DNA of 64,000 nt from contig JBAZNR010000001.1 in assembly GCA_041649175.1 (NCBI GenBank), forward strand, positions 1,103,497 to 1,167,496. The letters run 5' to 3'. Each line of letters starts with the position of its first letter. Position 1 is the first letter of the stretch. Positions 1 through 9,428 of this stretch are shown one piece after another. The notes below the pieces were generated by a model that ran no database searches, had not been told where the DNA came from, and saw only the letters and a list, made by a program, of their open reading frames with translations. The translations under genes and the position numbers were made by a program. The DNA is from Candidatus Omnitrophota bacterium (lineage in GTDB: Bacteria > Omnitrophota > Gorgyraeia > Zapsychrales > JBAZNR01).

Positions 1-1
1 T

Positions 2-1402
2 CTTGATCTACTCAACGACCCGCCGCCCGTTTCTTCGCGCAAGCTTCAAGAAGACTTGATGGGCGGGGCAAAAGTCTTAGAGGAAACATTAGCAGAATTT
101 GGCGTTACAATTCGTGTTGCTGATGTCGAGCGCGGCCCGGTTATTACTCGTTACGAAGTTGAATTAGCTCCGGGAGTTAAGGTCCAGCAAATTACAACAC
201 TTTCCGACGATATTGCGCTGGTCATGAAGGCTCAGACGGTGCGCATGATCGCGCCTATCCCTGGAAAAAACCGCGTTGGAATTGAGGTTCCTAATACATC
301 GACAAGCCTTGTTTACCTGAAAGATGTTTTATCTCAGAGCGAGTTTCGAACTACAAAATCAAAATTACCTTTGGCTTTAGGAAAAGATACGGCAGGCAAT
401 TCTTTGATCGCGGATCTAAGCGGCATGCCTCATCTTTTGATCGCCGGAACGACCGGTGCCGGAAAAACCGTTTGCGTTAACAGTGTTATCATGTCGATGC
501 TTTTTAATTCGGCTCCCGAAGAATTGAAATTCCTGATGATCGATCCGAAAATGGTGGAATTGTCTATTTACAACGCTTTGCCTCACATGCTTTGTCCTGC
601 CGTGACCGACCATAGAAAAGTTTCTGCCGCGCTCAACTGGGTTGTCGGAGAAATGGAAAACCGTTACACCGTTTTAGCTAAAGACGGCGTGCGTAATATC
701 GAAGGGTACAATACAAAAAATACCGAACAAAAACTGCCTTATATTGTCGTTATTATTGATGAATTAGCGGACCTCATGCAGGTATCAGCCAAACAAATCG
801 AAAGTGCTATTACGCGCTTAGCGCAACTTTCTCGCGCTGTCGGGATCCATCTTATTTTGGCAACACAGCGTCCGTCGGTGGATGTTATTACCGGTGTTAT
901 CAAGGCGAATTTTCCGGCGAGAATTTCTTTTAAAGTGGCTTCCAAGGTTGATTCTCGTACGGTCTTAGATATGAATGGCGCGGAAAAATTATTAGGCCGC
1001 GGCGATATGCTGTTTTTAAAACCCGGAGAAGCAAAGCCGATCCGGGCGCAATGCAGCTTGGTCGGCGATGATGAAATACAAAAAGTCATCGACTTTATCA
1101 AGGTCCAGCAAGAACCTCTTTATGATGAATCCATTGTCAAACAGCAGACGGGCGGTGCCACGGGCACTATTCAGGAAAAAGACGAGCGTTATGACGAAGC
1201 GGTTCAATTAGTTGTCGAAAACAATCAGGCGTCAACGTCGTTATTGCAGCGTCGTTTAGGCTTAGGATACGGCCGGGCGGCACGTTTGATCGATATGATG
1301 GAACAGCAAGGCATTGTCGGGCCGCTCAATGGCAGTAAGCCGCGCGAGATCTTGATCAACAGAGAAGAATGGCTTTTAAAGAATGTGAAACAAAATGGGT
1401 GA
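2..1402 (+). CDS. ftsK: DNA translocase FtsK, C-terminal motor and gamma domains. Partial: the frame is open to the window's 5' edge
   Basis: The frame at position 2 is open from the first base. Walker A LIAGTTGAGKTVCVNS and an FtsK/SpoIIIE ATPase core. C-terminal winged-helix gamma motif LLQRRLGLGYGRAARLIDMMEQQGIVGP. Confidence 0.85.
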   Translation, partial: LDLLNDPPPVSSRKLQEDLMGGAKVLEETLAEFGVTIRVADVERGPVITRYEVELAPGVKVQQITTLSDDIALVMKAQTVRMIAPIPGKNRVGIEVPNTSTSLVYLKDVLSQSEFRTTKSKLPLALGKDTAGNSLIADLSGMPHLLIAGTTGAGKTVCVNSVIMSMLFNSAPEELKFLMIDPKMVELSIYNALPHMLCPAVTDHRKVSAALNWVVGEMENRYTVLAKDGVRNIEGYNTKNTEQKLPYIVVIIDELADLMQVSAKQIESAITRLAQLSRAVGIHLILATQRPSVDVITGVIKANFPARISFKVASKVDSRTVLDMNGAEKLLGRGDMLFLKPGEAKPIRAQCSLVGDDEIQKVIDFIKVQQEPLYDESIVKQQTGGATGTIQEKDERYDEAVQLVVENNQASTSLLQRRLGLGYGRAARLIDMMEQQGIVGPLNGSKPREILINREEWLLKNVKQNG

Positions 1403-2294
1403 TCAAGCAAATAAAGGGCGCATTTTAAAGCAGGCAAGGGAATCCAAAAGGATCACTTTAGAAACAGTTCATTTGGAGACCAAAATTCCTTTAGATGCGC
1501 TTAAAGCCATTGAAGAAGGATATAATGTCCGCATCTTATCTCCGTTTTATTATCGCGGTTTTGTGAAGATGTATGCCCAATTTTTAGGATTAGACCTAGC
1601 GACTGTTCTCGACGATCAGCTGCCCGCAAAGTCAGGCGAGAAAAACATTCTCAAGAAAACCGGGCCCGTCGCTGAGGGTGAAGAAAATTCTGATAATGCC
1701 ACCGAAAATATCCTGGATGCGGTAGGGTCATTATTCACAGTGCAAACCGGGCGTTTTTTAGCTAAGGCCGTTGCCGTTATTGTTATAGGATTTCTTGTTG
1801 TGAAGTTTTCCGGATTTCTTATCCAGAAGATATCTCATCGTGACTCGGCCTCTATTTCCGCAAGTTCCACAAAAGAAAAATCTAAAAAAGCGAAATCTTT
1901 AATTTCCCCAGTAAAATCTAAGAACATATCGGAAGAAAGAATTTCTTTTAAAAATTCATCTGCAGCGCAGTCCTCTAGCCATGCGGCTTCGGCTGTCAAA
2001 GCTGTTTCATCAAGTTCAAAAAGCGCCGGTGTTAAAAAGGCTAACCTGACCGTCCGGGCTAAAAAAGATAGCTGGCTTCAGGTTAAAGTTGATGGAACCG
2101 TTGCTTTTGTTTCCGTCCTTAAAAAAGGCGCGAACGAGACGTGGTTTGGTAAAGAAACGATCGAGCTTTCCGGCCGCAATATCAGCGAGCTTGAATTTGA
2201 GATTAACGGAAAAATGATCGGGCTTTTAGGACGCCAAGACCGTCGCGCTAAAAAAATCGTTGTGACCCCCGAAGGCTTTACCATCAAGGAATGA
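1395..2294 (+). CDS. rodZ: RodZ-like cytoskeleton protein: N-terminal XRE-type HTH, one TM segment and a Ser/Lys-rich linker
   Basis: N-terminus RILKQARESKRITLETVHLETKIPLDALKAIEEG matches RodZ HTH architecture, followed by a TM helix. Overlaps the ftsK stop. Confidence 0.55.
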   Translation: MGDQANKGRILKQARESKRITLETVHLETKIPLDALKAIEEGYNVRILSPFYYRGFVKMYAQFLGLDLATVLDDQLPAKSGEKNILKKTGPVAEGEENSDNATENILDAVGSLFTVQTGRFLAKAVAVIVIGFLVVKFSGFLIQKISHRDSASISASSTKEKSKKAKSLISPVKSKNISEERISFKNSSAAQSSSHAASAVKAVSSSSKSAGVKKANLTVRAKKDSWLQVKVDGTVAFVSVLKKGANETWFGKETIELSGRNISELEFEINGKMIGLLGRQDRRAKKIVVTPEGFTIKE

Positions 2295-3613
2295 AACTCG
2301 CAGAAAAAATCAGTCAGCGGCAGAAGAATCAATTTTCTAAAGCCTCACCAAAGCATTCATCCGTCGGGATCATTAATCTTGGCTGTGCCCGTAATTTAGT
2401 GGATTCACAAGTTATTTTGGGCAGGTTAAAGAAAAACGGCCATCATCTTGTTGAGGTTGAAGGCGCCGACATTGCCATTGTTAATACCTGTTCTTTTATC
2501 GAATCAGCCAAGCAAGAATCGGTTGATGTCATTTTAGATCTGATCGACCTAAAAAATAAAGGGAAGTTACGAAAGATCATTGTTGCGGGTTGTTTAGCAC
2601 AGCGTTACGCGAAACAATTAGCTGACGAGCTTCCGGAGGTAGACGCATTTGTTGGCGCTATTTCGATCGAGAAAGAACGAAACCTTCCTCAAGTTCTTTT
2701 AACGCCGCCACATTTTGCTTATGTTAAGATCTGCGAAAGCTGTTTTAATCAGTGTAGTTTTTGCGCCATTCCGAAGATCAAAGGAAAATTTTCATCCCGC
2801 AAGATTGAATCAGTTCTCGAAGAAGTAAAATTATTAGATGCAAAGGGAACAAAAGAGGTCAATATTATTGGCCAAGATATTACGGCTTATGGTATGGATC
2901 TTTACCGCGAAAAAACTTTAGCAAAGTTGCTTAAGCAAATGACTACAGCTGTTCAAAATATTGAATGGATCAGGCTTTTGTACGCTTTTCCGGCTCATGT
3001 TAGCGACGAGCTTATTGACGTGATGGCCAATGAAGAGAAAATTTGCCGGTATATTGATATGCCTTTGCAGCACATTAGTGACCGGATCTTAAAAGACATG
3101 AACCGAAATATTTCAAAGGAAGAAACGATCCGGCTTATTGAGAAGATCAAAAAGAAAATTCCCCAGGGGATCTTGCGCACGACGTTTATTGTGGGATTTC
3201 CCGGTGAGACAGATGAAGAATTCAATGAGTTGCTCAAGTTTGTTAAGGAATTTCGTTTTGAGCGGGTTGGTGTTTTTGTTTATTCAAAAGAAGAAGACAC
3301 ACCGGCATTTGATCTAAGGGGTCAAGTTCCCGACAAAATAAAGAAAGAACGGTTGGATATTTTGATGCGCGAACAGCAGAAGATCTCAAAAGAAGTTCAG
3401 GAAAGTTTTATTGGCCGCGAGCTAGACGTCCTCATTGATGAAAAACAAAGAAACGATGAAGGGGTTTATCTGGGCCGAAGTGAATATGATGCTCCGGATG
3501 TGGACGGTATCGTTTATGTCCATTCTCAAAAAAAATTACAGCCAGGGGATCTTGTGCATGTTAGAATCACTGATGCCTTTGAATATGATCTTTCCGGAGA
3601 GACCGTAAGATGA
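2291..3613 (+). CDS. rimO: Radical-SAM methylthiotransferase, RimO-type (MiaB/RimO family) with a TRAM domain
   Basis: CxxxCxxC radical SAM motif CSFCAIPKIKG, an N-terminal MTTase domain and a C-terminal TRAM-like segment. The ~440 aa size fits RimO better than MiaB. Confidence 0.6.
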   Translation: MKLAEKISQRQKNQFSKASPKHSSVGIINLGCARNLVDSQVILGRLKKNGHHLVEVEGADIAIVNTCSFIESAKQESVDVILDLIDLKNKGKLRKIIVAGCLAQRYAKQLADELPEVDAFVGAISIEKERNLPQVLLTPPHFAYVKICESCFNQCSFCAIPKIKGKFSSRKIESVLEEVKLLDAKGTKEVNIIGQDITAYGMDLYREKTLAKLLKQMTTAVQNIEWIRLLYAFPAHVSDELIDVMANEEKICRYIDMPLQHISDRILKDMNRNISKEETIRLIEKIKKKIPQGILRTTFIVGFPGETDEEFNELLKFVKEFRFERVGVFVYSKEEDTPAFDLRGQVPDKIKKERLDILMREQQKISKEVQESFIGRELDVLIDEKQRNDEGVYLGRSEYDAPDVDGIVYVHSQKKLQPGDLVHVRITDAFEYDLSGETVR

Positions 3614-4188
3614 ATTTGCCCAATAAGTTGACGATATCCAGGATTTTCCTGACATTTCTTTTTATGTTCTTTATCGCCCAAAAAGGGCTGTCTGCGGCTG
3701 TTATGGCGACGATCATTTTTACTTTGGCGTCATTGACTGATTTTTTCGACGGATATCTGGCAAAAAAATATCATTTGATCAGTGATTTCGGGAAATTGAT
3801 GGATCCCATTGCGGATAAGTTCTTGATCCTCGCGGCTTTTATTGCTTTTGTCCGCCTCCAGTTAGTTGTGGATTGGATGGTCGTGGTTATCTTGGGCCGG
3901 GAAATCATTATTACGGGCTTGAGATTTTACGCGTTAACAAAAGGGCAGGTTTTGGCCGCCGAAAAAGCCGGAAAGCATAAAACCGTGTCGCAAATGGTCG
4001 CGATCTTTACTATTCTCGGTTTTATTGTGGTACGGGAGGCTTTAACAAAAACGACGTATTGGTCAGGCACAATTGAATTATGGTGGCGGCAGGGAATTGA
4101 CGTTTTGATGGTAGTGACCGTTGCTTTGACCCTTATTTCCGGAATTTCTTATTTGTGGAACAATAGAAAGTTTATTTATGTCCAATAA
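3610..4188 (+). CDS. pgsA: CDP-diacylglycerol--glycerol-3-phosphate 3-phosphatidyltransferase
   Basis: CDP-alcohol phosphatidyltransferase signature DFFDGYLAKK...GKLMDPIADK in a multi-TM protein. Confidence 0.8.
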   Translation: MNLPNKLTISRIFLTFLFMFFIAQKGLSAAVMATIIFTLASLTDFFDGYLAKKYHLISDFGKLMDPIADKFLILAAFIAFVRLQLVVDWMVVVILGREIIITGLRFYALTKGQVLAAEKAGKHKTVSQMVAIFTILGFIVVREALTKTTYWSGTIELWWRQGIDVLMVVTVALTLISGISYLWNNRKFIYVQ

Positions 4189-4627
4189 TTTAGTAAAAAT
4201 AATATCGACGTTTTTCTATATGGGCTATTTTCCAGGCGCGCCTGGCAGCATGGCTAGCATTGCCGGCGTTTTGATCTTTATGATCTTATTTGATTCGATC
4301 GTTCTTTATCTTCTTTGCTTGAGCGTGGTCATGGCCGCCGGAATTTGGGCAAGCGGAAAAATGGAAAAACTAGCGGGAAAGAAAGACCCTTCCTGTGTTG
4401 TGATCGACGAAGTAGCAGGGATATTGATCGCTTTCTTTCTTTTGCCGGCCCAATGGCCGGTCATCATAACGGCATTCTTTGTTTTTCGCGCTTTTGATAT
4501 GTTCAAGATCTATCCGATCAATCGATTCGAAAAACTTCCGGGAAGCTGGGGCATTATGATGGATGATGTTGTTGCCGGCCTTTACACTAACATTGTTGTT
4601 CATGTTGCTTTGATTATTCTGAAATGA
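4178..4627 (+). CDS. pgpA: Phosphatidylglycerophosphatase A
   Basis: PgpA-like membrane protein with FRAFDMFKIYPI...GSWGIMMDDVVAG. Adjacent to pgsA. Confidence 0.7.
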   Translation: MSNNLVKIISTFFYMGYFPGAPGSMASIAGVLIFMILFDSIVLYLLCLSVVMAAGIWASGKMEKLAGKKDPSCVVIDEVAGILIAFFLLPAQWPVIITAFFVFRAFDMFKIYPINRFEKLPGSWGIMMDDVVAGLYTNIVVHVALIILK

Positions 4628-4646
4628 TCGGCGTTACGACGGCTAT

Positions 4647-4676
4647 TTTACAAATTACTTAGTTTATTGTTATAAT
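4647..4676 (+). promoter_or_regulatory. Putative sigma70-type promoter TTTACA-18-TATAAT, upstream of a small secreted-protein ORF
   Basis: -35 TTTACA at 4647-4652 and -10 TATAAT at 4671-4676, in an AT-rich intergenic region. Three ACATAT boxes at 10-bp phasing follow at 4687-4712. Confidence 0.35.
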
Positions 4677-4750
4677 TCATAAAGTTACATATATTAACAT
4701 ATTGTTACATATTATTCAGTATATATCCACATTAATACAGGAGAGGATAA

Positions 4751-4969
4751 ATGAATAAGTTTATTCTAGCTTGTGTCATTTTATTTGTCTGTGCCTATGT
4801 CGGAAAACAAAGCAACTTTGTTGTAACGACGAAGCAGTGGGATGCTCGCATCGGCATTAATGTCGAAGAGACGCATCTTAGCTGGGACAATCTTTACGGT
4901 TATTTTGGAAAAATAGCTCAAGATGTTTCAAGCGCAGCGGGGAAAATAATTCCTTCCAAAAAGCGTTAA
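4751..4969 (+). CDS. Small secreted hypothetical protein (72 aa) with an N-terminal signal peptide
   Basis: RBS AGGAGAGG sits 5 nt upstream. Hydrophobic N-terminus KFILACVILFVCAYVG. No recognisable domain. Confidence 0.35.
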   Translation: MNKFILACVILFVCAYVGKQSNFVVTTKQWDARIGINVEETHLSWDNLYGYFGKIAQDVSSAAGKIIPSKKR

Positions 4970-5559
4970 CCTTTGCCCTCAGAATCTTTTAGAATAAATC
5001 CTTCCAGCGGTTCATAAATCGGCCCCTTAGCGGTTAAAGTGCTTTTGAACAAAATAATCTTGTCTATCTCTTGAGTTATCGGGAAATCAATAGAGTATTC
5101 GTTTAGCGCTTTGATAAGATCAGAACAATGATGCGATGATCGTAAGCGCCCCAGCGTAATATGGGCATTAAATTCTTGATGTTCTCCTTTTGGAAAGCCA
5201 GCTTCAATCAGTTCATTTTTAATGGCTTCCGACAATTGCCTTGTTTTGTCTTGGCCTTTCTTCCCGCCAATCCAAATAGTTCTAGGTTTTTCTAAGCTAG
5301 GAAAACCGCCTAATTCCGATAGCTCAAATGGGAAAACAGAAAAGTGACGAGAAACTCTGCTAAGGGCTTTTTTAACTTCATTGATTTGATTTTCAGAAAT
5401 TTCACCTAAGAATTTAAGCGTAAGATGGCTGTTGTTAGGATCGACCCATTTAATGTCAGCGTTTGCGCCCTTTAAATATTCCTGGCATTGGCGGATAAGT
5501 TCTTGGGATTCTTTGGAAATTTCGACGGCGATAAAAGAACGCACGGTTGATAGCGTCAT
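4966..5559 (-). CDS. thpR: RNA 2',3'-cyclic phosphodiesterase (2H phosphoesterase, LigT/ThpR)
   Basis: Two H-x-T/S-x motifs, HLTLKFLGE and HITLGRL, at the expected spacing. Confidence 0.75.
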   Translation of the reverse strand: MTLSTVRSFIAVEISKESQELIRQCQEYLKGANADIKWVDPNNSHLTLKFLGEISENQINEVKKALSRVSRHFSVFPFELSELGGFPSLEKPRTIWIGGKKGQDKTRQLSEAIKNELIEAGFPKGEHQEFNAHITLGRLRSSHHCSDLIKALNEYSIDFPITQEIDKIILFKSTLTAKGPIYEPLEGFILKDSEGKG

Positions 5560-5560
5560 G

Positions 5561-6064
5561 TTAAAACAGTTTTGACAATAAGTGAAGTGCGGCGGATGCT
5601 GCAGATGATTTTATGCGGAGTCTATTTCCCTGAAAAGTTTTCTTCATGACAACTGTCTTTTTTGCTGAACTGGCCGCGATAAAAACGAGGCCGACAGGTT
5701 TTGCTTTTGTGCCTCCACTAGGCCCGGCAATGCCGGTTATGGCAACGGCGTAGTCAGTTTTTAATGATTTCCGTATTCCCTTAACCATTTGCAGGGCGGT
5801 TTGCTGGCTAACGGCGCCGTATTTCTTTAAGGTTTGAAAGGAGACTTTAAGAAATTTAATCTTTGATTCGTTTGAATAAACAACAATGGCGGCTTTAAGA
5901 AATTGAGAGCTTCCGGTAATATTGGTCAGCCGGTGACTGACAAGGCCGCCGGTGCAGGATTCGGCAACAGAAAGGGTTTTCTTTTTTTGAATAAGGAACC
6001 GGGCTATTTTTTCTTCTATCTTCATGGCAATGCTTATTATAGGCACCGATGAAAATCTTGACAA
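5561..6064 (-). CDS. cinA: CinA C-terminal domain protein / nicotinamide-nucleotide amidohydrolase PncC-like
   Basis: LSVAESCTGGLVSHRLTNITGSS...AVAITGIAGPSGG is a typical CinA_C/PncC signature. TTG start. Confidence 0.75.
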   Translation of the reverse strand: MSRFSSVPIISIAMKIEEKIARFLIQKKKTLSVAESCTGGLVSHRLTNITGSSQFLKAAIVVYSNESKIKFLKVSFQTLKKYGAVSQQTALQMVKGIRKSLKTDYAVAITGIAGPSGGTKAKPVGLVFIAASSAKKTVVMKKTFQGNRLRIKSSAASAALHLLSKLF

Positions 6065-6094
6065 GCCTTAATATTTGGCATATAGTAGGCGTGC

Positions 6095-6335
6095 TTTCGG
6101 GATATCATCCTTAAAAAGATGATCAGGGTGCAAGCCCCGGCTGGTAGTAATTCTTTCCTTTAGAAAGATAAGCCTACGAGCGCAGCAATTTTTCGATTTG
6201 TTTAAGAAAATGCTGAGCAGATTAAGTGAGCTTCGTTAAGGAGCAAGTCTTAAGCCAATAGTTCGCTTTTTTTGCGGGTATGCTAAAGAGTAGATATGTC
6301 TTTAGCGTTCATAGCCTAGATGGGAGAAAGCAAAA
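6095..6335 (+). ncRNA. FMN riboswitch (RFN element) in the ribBA leader
   Basis: Conserved RFN core blocks CAGGGTGCAAGCCCCGGCTGGTAGTAA, AAGCCTACGAGCGC and AGCCTAGATGGGAGAAAGC appear in the right order upstream of ribBA. An intrinsic terminator lies downstream. Confidence 0.6.
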
Positions 6336-6398
6336 AACAAGGGGCGGATTGTATCTTTTGATGGTACAGTTTGTCCGGATGACTTGTTTTCTTTAACA

Positions 6399-6427
6399 AT
6401 CCCGAGACGATCGGGATTTTTTATTTT
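6399..6427 (+). terminator. Rho-independent terminator/attenuator: expression platform of the FMN riboswitch
   Basis: ATCCCGA-GACGA-TCGGGAT 7-bp stem followed by a TTTTTTATTTT run, 30 nt before the ribBA start. Confidence 0.6.
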
Positions 6428-6457
6428 ATAGAAAATTAACCAAAAACAAAGAGGGGC

Positions 6458-7666
6458 ATGATGTTTAATTCTATTCCGGAGATCATCGAAGAGCTCAAAC
6501 AAGGTAAAGTTGTTATTGTTATGGATGATGAAGGCCGTGAGAACGAAGGGGATTTGCTAGTGGCGGCTCAATTTGCCAAAGCCGAACACATTAACTTTAT
6601 GGCGAAAGAAGCCAGGGGGCTTATTTGCGTTCCCATGGAAGAAGAAAGGCTCAACGCTCTTGACCTTCACCCGATGGTTGATGATACGATCGTTAATCGG
6701 CCTCATCAAAAAAGCAATACGGCTTGGACAATTTCGGTAGATGCCTCAAAAGGGGTTACAACCGGTATCTCGGCATCGGACAGAGCCAAGACAGTCGAGG
6801 TTTTAATAGACCCAAAATCAGTATCGGCGGATCTAGAAACGCCCGGACATCTTTTTCCTTTGCGGGCGCGTAAAGGCGGAGTATTGGTGCGCGCCGGCCA
6901 CACGGAAGCTTCCGTTGACCTGATGCGCTTAGCCGGCCTTTATCCGGCCGGGGTTATTTGCGAGATCATGAATGAAGACGGGACCATGGCTCGTACCCAA
7001 GACCTCATCGAATTTTCTAAAAAGCACAAAATTAAAATTTGCACCATCGATAGCCTTATCGAATACCGTCGGAAGTATGAAAAATTGATCGAGCGGCAAG
7101 TTGAAACAACGCTTCCCACACCTCATGGTAATTTTCGTATGATCGGGTATGAATCAAAAGTTGACGGGGCATGTCATTTGGCTTTAGTGCTGGGCAATGT
7201 CAACGGAACGATCCCTGAGTTAGTGCGCGTTCAGTCGGAATGTTTGACCGGAGATGTTTTTGGCTCGCATCGCTGTGATTGTGGAGAACAACTGCATCAA
7301 TCACTTGAAATGATCAAAAAAGCCGGATCGGGAATTTTACTTTATATGCGTCAAGAAGGGCGCGGCATCGGGCTTCTTAACAAAATGAAGGCCTATCACT
7401 TGCAGGATGGAGGGCTTGACACCGTAGAAGCCAATGAGGCGCTGGGATTTTCCGCCGATTTAAGGGATTATGGCATTGGAGCCCAGATTTTAGTTGACCT
7501 GGGAGTAAAAAAAATCCGTCTGCTCACTAATAACCCCAGAAAGATCGTCGGATTAGAAGGCTATGGATTGACGGTTTCCGAGCGCATTCCCATAAAAGTT
7601 TCTCATAATCCGGCGAATGAGGGCTATCTTAAAACAAAAAAAGAAAAGTTAGGCCATTTATTGTAA
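6458..7666 (+). CDS. ribBA: Bifunctional 3,4-dihydroxy-2-butanone 4-phosphate synthase / GTP cyclohydrolase II
   Basis: DHBP synthase N-terminal half ([11 protein letters not shown]) and GTP cyclohydrolase II half (CDCGEQL...[12 protein letters not shown]). Confidence 0.9.
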   Translation: MMFNSIPEIIEELKQGKVVIVMDDEGRENEGDLLVAAQFAKAEHINFMAKEARGLICVPMEEERLNALDLHPMVDDTIVNRPHQKSNTAWTISVDASKGVTTGISASDRAKTVEVLIDPKSVSADLETPGHLFPLRARKGGVLVRAGHTEASVDLMRLAGLYPAGVICEIMNEDGTMARTQDLIEFSKKHKIKICTIDSLIEYRRKYEKLIERQVETTLPTPHGNFRMIGYESKVDGACHLALVLGNVNGTIPELVRVQSECLTGDVFGSHRCDCGEQLHQSLEMIKKAGSGILLYMRQEGRGIGLLNKMKAYHLQDGGLDTVEANEALGFSADLRDYGIGAQILVDLGVKKIRLLTNNPRKIVGLEGYGLTVSERIPIKVSHNPANEGYLKTKKEKLGHLL

Positions 7667-7677
7667 TTTCTATCAAG

Positions 7678-8154
7678 ATGAAACAAAAAAAGATCAAAAC
7701 AATTGAAGGGCAATTAATAGTTCGCGGGAAAGAATTCGCTGTGATCGCGTCGCGATTCAATGATTTCATCACCAAAAGGCTTTTGGAAGCTTGCTTGGCT
7801 GAATTAAAACATCGCGGTGTTAAAGAAAAGGAAATTACTGTTACCTGGGTCTCCGGTTCTTTTGAGATCCCGGTCACCGCGCTTAAATTTGCGCGCAAAA
7901 AAAATATTGATGCCGTGATTTGTTTAGGAGCTGTTATCCGCGGGGAGACATTGCATTTTGAATTGGTTGCCAATGCGGCTTCCCAGGGCATCGCTCAGGT
8001 GAGTTTACTGACGGGAAAGCCGGTTATTTTTGGCGTTTTAACGACTGATACGATCGATCAAGCGTATAAGCGTTCAGAAATAAAAGGCGAGAATAAAGGA
8101 AGAGACGTTGCCACCACGGCTATTGAGATGGTTAGCGTTATGAATCAAATTTAG
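7678..8154 (+). CDS. ribH: 6,7-dimethyl-8-ribityllumazine synthase
   Basis: Typical 158 aa lumazine synthase: VIASRFNDFITKRLLEAC...GAVIRGET. Confidence 0.9.
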   Translation: MKQKKIKTIEGQLIVRGKEFAVIASRFNDFITKRLLEACLAELKHRGVKEKEITVTWVSGSFEIPVTALKFARKKNIDAVICLGAVIRGETLHFELVANAASQGIAQVSLLTGKPVIFGVLTTDTIDQAYKRSEIKGENKGRDVATTAIEMVSVMNQI

Positions 8155-8174
8155 CATTATCCAGAAATTATTTT

Positions 8175-8591
8175 ATGAGAAAACGAACCCAATCACGCGA
8201 TTTTGCTTTAAAGATCCTTTATCAGTCCGACATTACCGGGAAAGCTATTTTGCCAACGACGGAAGAATTTTTTACCAGCACGGAAACAAAAGATGTGGAA
8301 GTCATTGATTTTTCAAAGCGCCTTGTTTTAGGCGTCGAGAAAAATTTAAGCGCCATTGATGCGAAGATAGTTCAATACGCGACCAATTGGGACCTGAAGC
8401 GTATGGCGATCATTGACCGCAATATTCTTCGGCTTGGGGTTTTTGAATTAAATTTTATTTCCGATGTGCCGCCCAAGGTTGCCATTAATGAGGCTGTTGA
8501 GCTGGCCAAACGCTATGGCGACAGCGATTCCAGCAAGTTCGTCAACGGTGTTCTAGACAAGATCCATAAAACCGAAATCATACCGCAGTAA
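8175..8591 (+). CDS. nusB: Transcription antitermination factor NusB
   Basis: NusB fold motifs RNILRLGVFEL and ELAKRYGD. Conserved ribH-nusB pairing. Confidence 0.85.
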   Translation: MRKRTQSRDFALKILYQSDITGKAILPTTEEFFTSTETKDVEVIDFSKRLVLGVEKNLSAIDAKIVQYATNWDLKRMAIIDRNILRLGVFELNFISDVPPKVAINEAVELAKRYGDSDSSKFVNGVLDKIHKTEIIPQ

Positions 8592-8600
8592 ACTTTAACT

Positions 8601-9428
8601 GTGCCAAAATTAGCCGACCTCCATATCCATACCTATTATTCCGACGGGACTATGTCGCCGCAGGAAGTTGTTGAAGGAACACGAGCGGCGGGTTTAAACT
8701 GCATTAGCATTACCGACCATGATACCTTCGAAGGTGTTTTGCCTACACAGCTTGCCGCGAAAGAGTTTGATATTGAGGTGATCGCCGGAATTGAGTTTTC
8801 TTCGGAATGGGAAGGAAAAGATATTCATATCTTAGGTTATTGTATGGATCTGGATTCCGAAGCGCTTCGAGAACCTATCAAAAAAATGCAAAAAGGCCGG
8901 CGCATGCGCATCGAACAGATGATCGAAAAACTAAAAGCACAAGGCATTAACAATATAGTACCGCAAGAAGTTTTTGATCTGACGCAATCAGATTCCGTCG
9001 GGCGGATGCATTTAGCGACTATTTTAAAACAAAAAGGATGGGTTTCTTCTATCCAGCAAGCGTTCGTAAAGTACATCGGTGAAGGGTGCATTGCCTATGT
9101 TCCGAAATTTAAGCAAACTCCTCAGGAGATCATTGCCCTGATTCGAAAGGCTCGCGGAGTGGCGGTGATGGCGCATCCGATGTTAACGTTAAAGGATGAA
9201 CTTATTCCGGGCTTTGTGGATGCGGGTTTACGAGGGCTAGAAGTGTATTATCCGAATTGCTCGCAAAATATTATTCAGTTTTACGAGAACATTGCCAAGA
9301 AACATAATTTGATCCTCACCGGAGGCTCTGATGCTCATGGGAAAGCGAAAAACAATACGTCCATCGGGAAAATGAAAATCTCTTATGAGCTGGTCGAGCG
9401 CCTTAAAGAGGAAAAAGAAAAAGTATGA
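8601..9428 (+). CDS. PHP-domain metal-dependent phosphoesterase (TrpH/YciV-like), inside the rib operon
   Basis: N-terminal LADLHIHTYYSDGTMSP PHP motif and C-terminal GGSDAHG. GTG start. Confidence 0.7.
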   Translation: MPKLADLHIHTYYSDGTMSPQEVVEGTRAAGLNCISITDHDTFEGVLPTQLAAKEFDIEVIAGIEFSSEWEGKDIHILGYCMDLDSEALREPIKKMQKGRRMRIEQMIEKLKAQGINNIVPQEVFDLTQSDSVGRMHLATILKQKGWVSSIQQAFVKYIGEGCIAYVPKFKQTPQEIIALIRKARGVAVMAHPMLTLKDELIPGFVDAGLRGLEVYYPNCSQNIIQFYENIAKKHNLILTGGSDAHGKAKNNTSIGKMKISYELVERLKEEKEKV

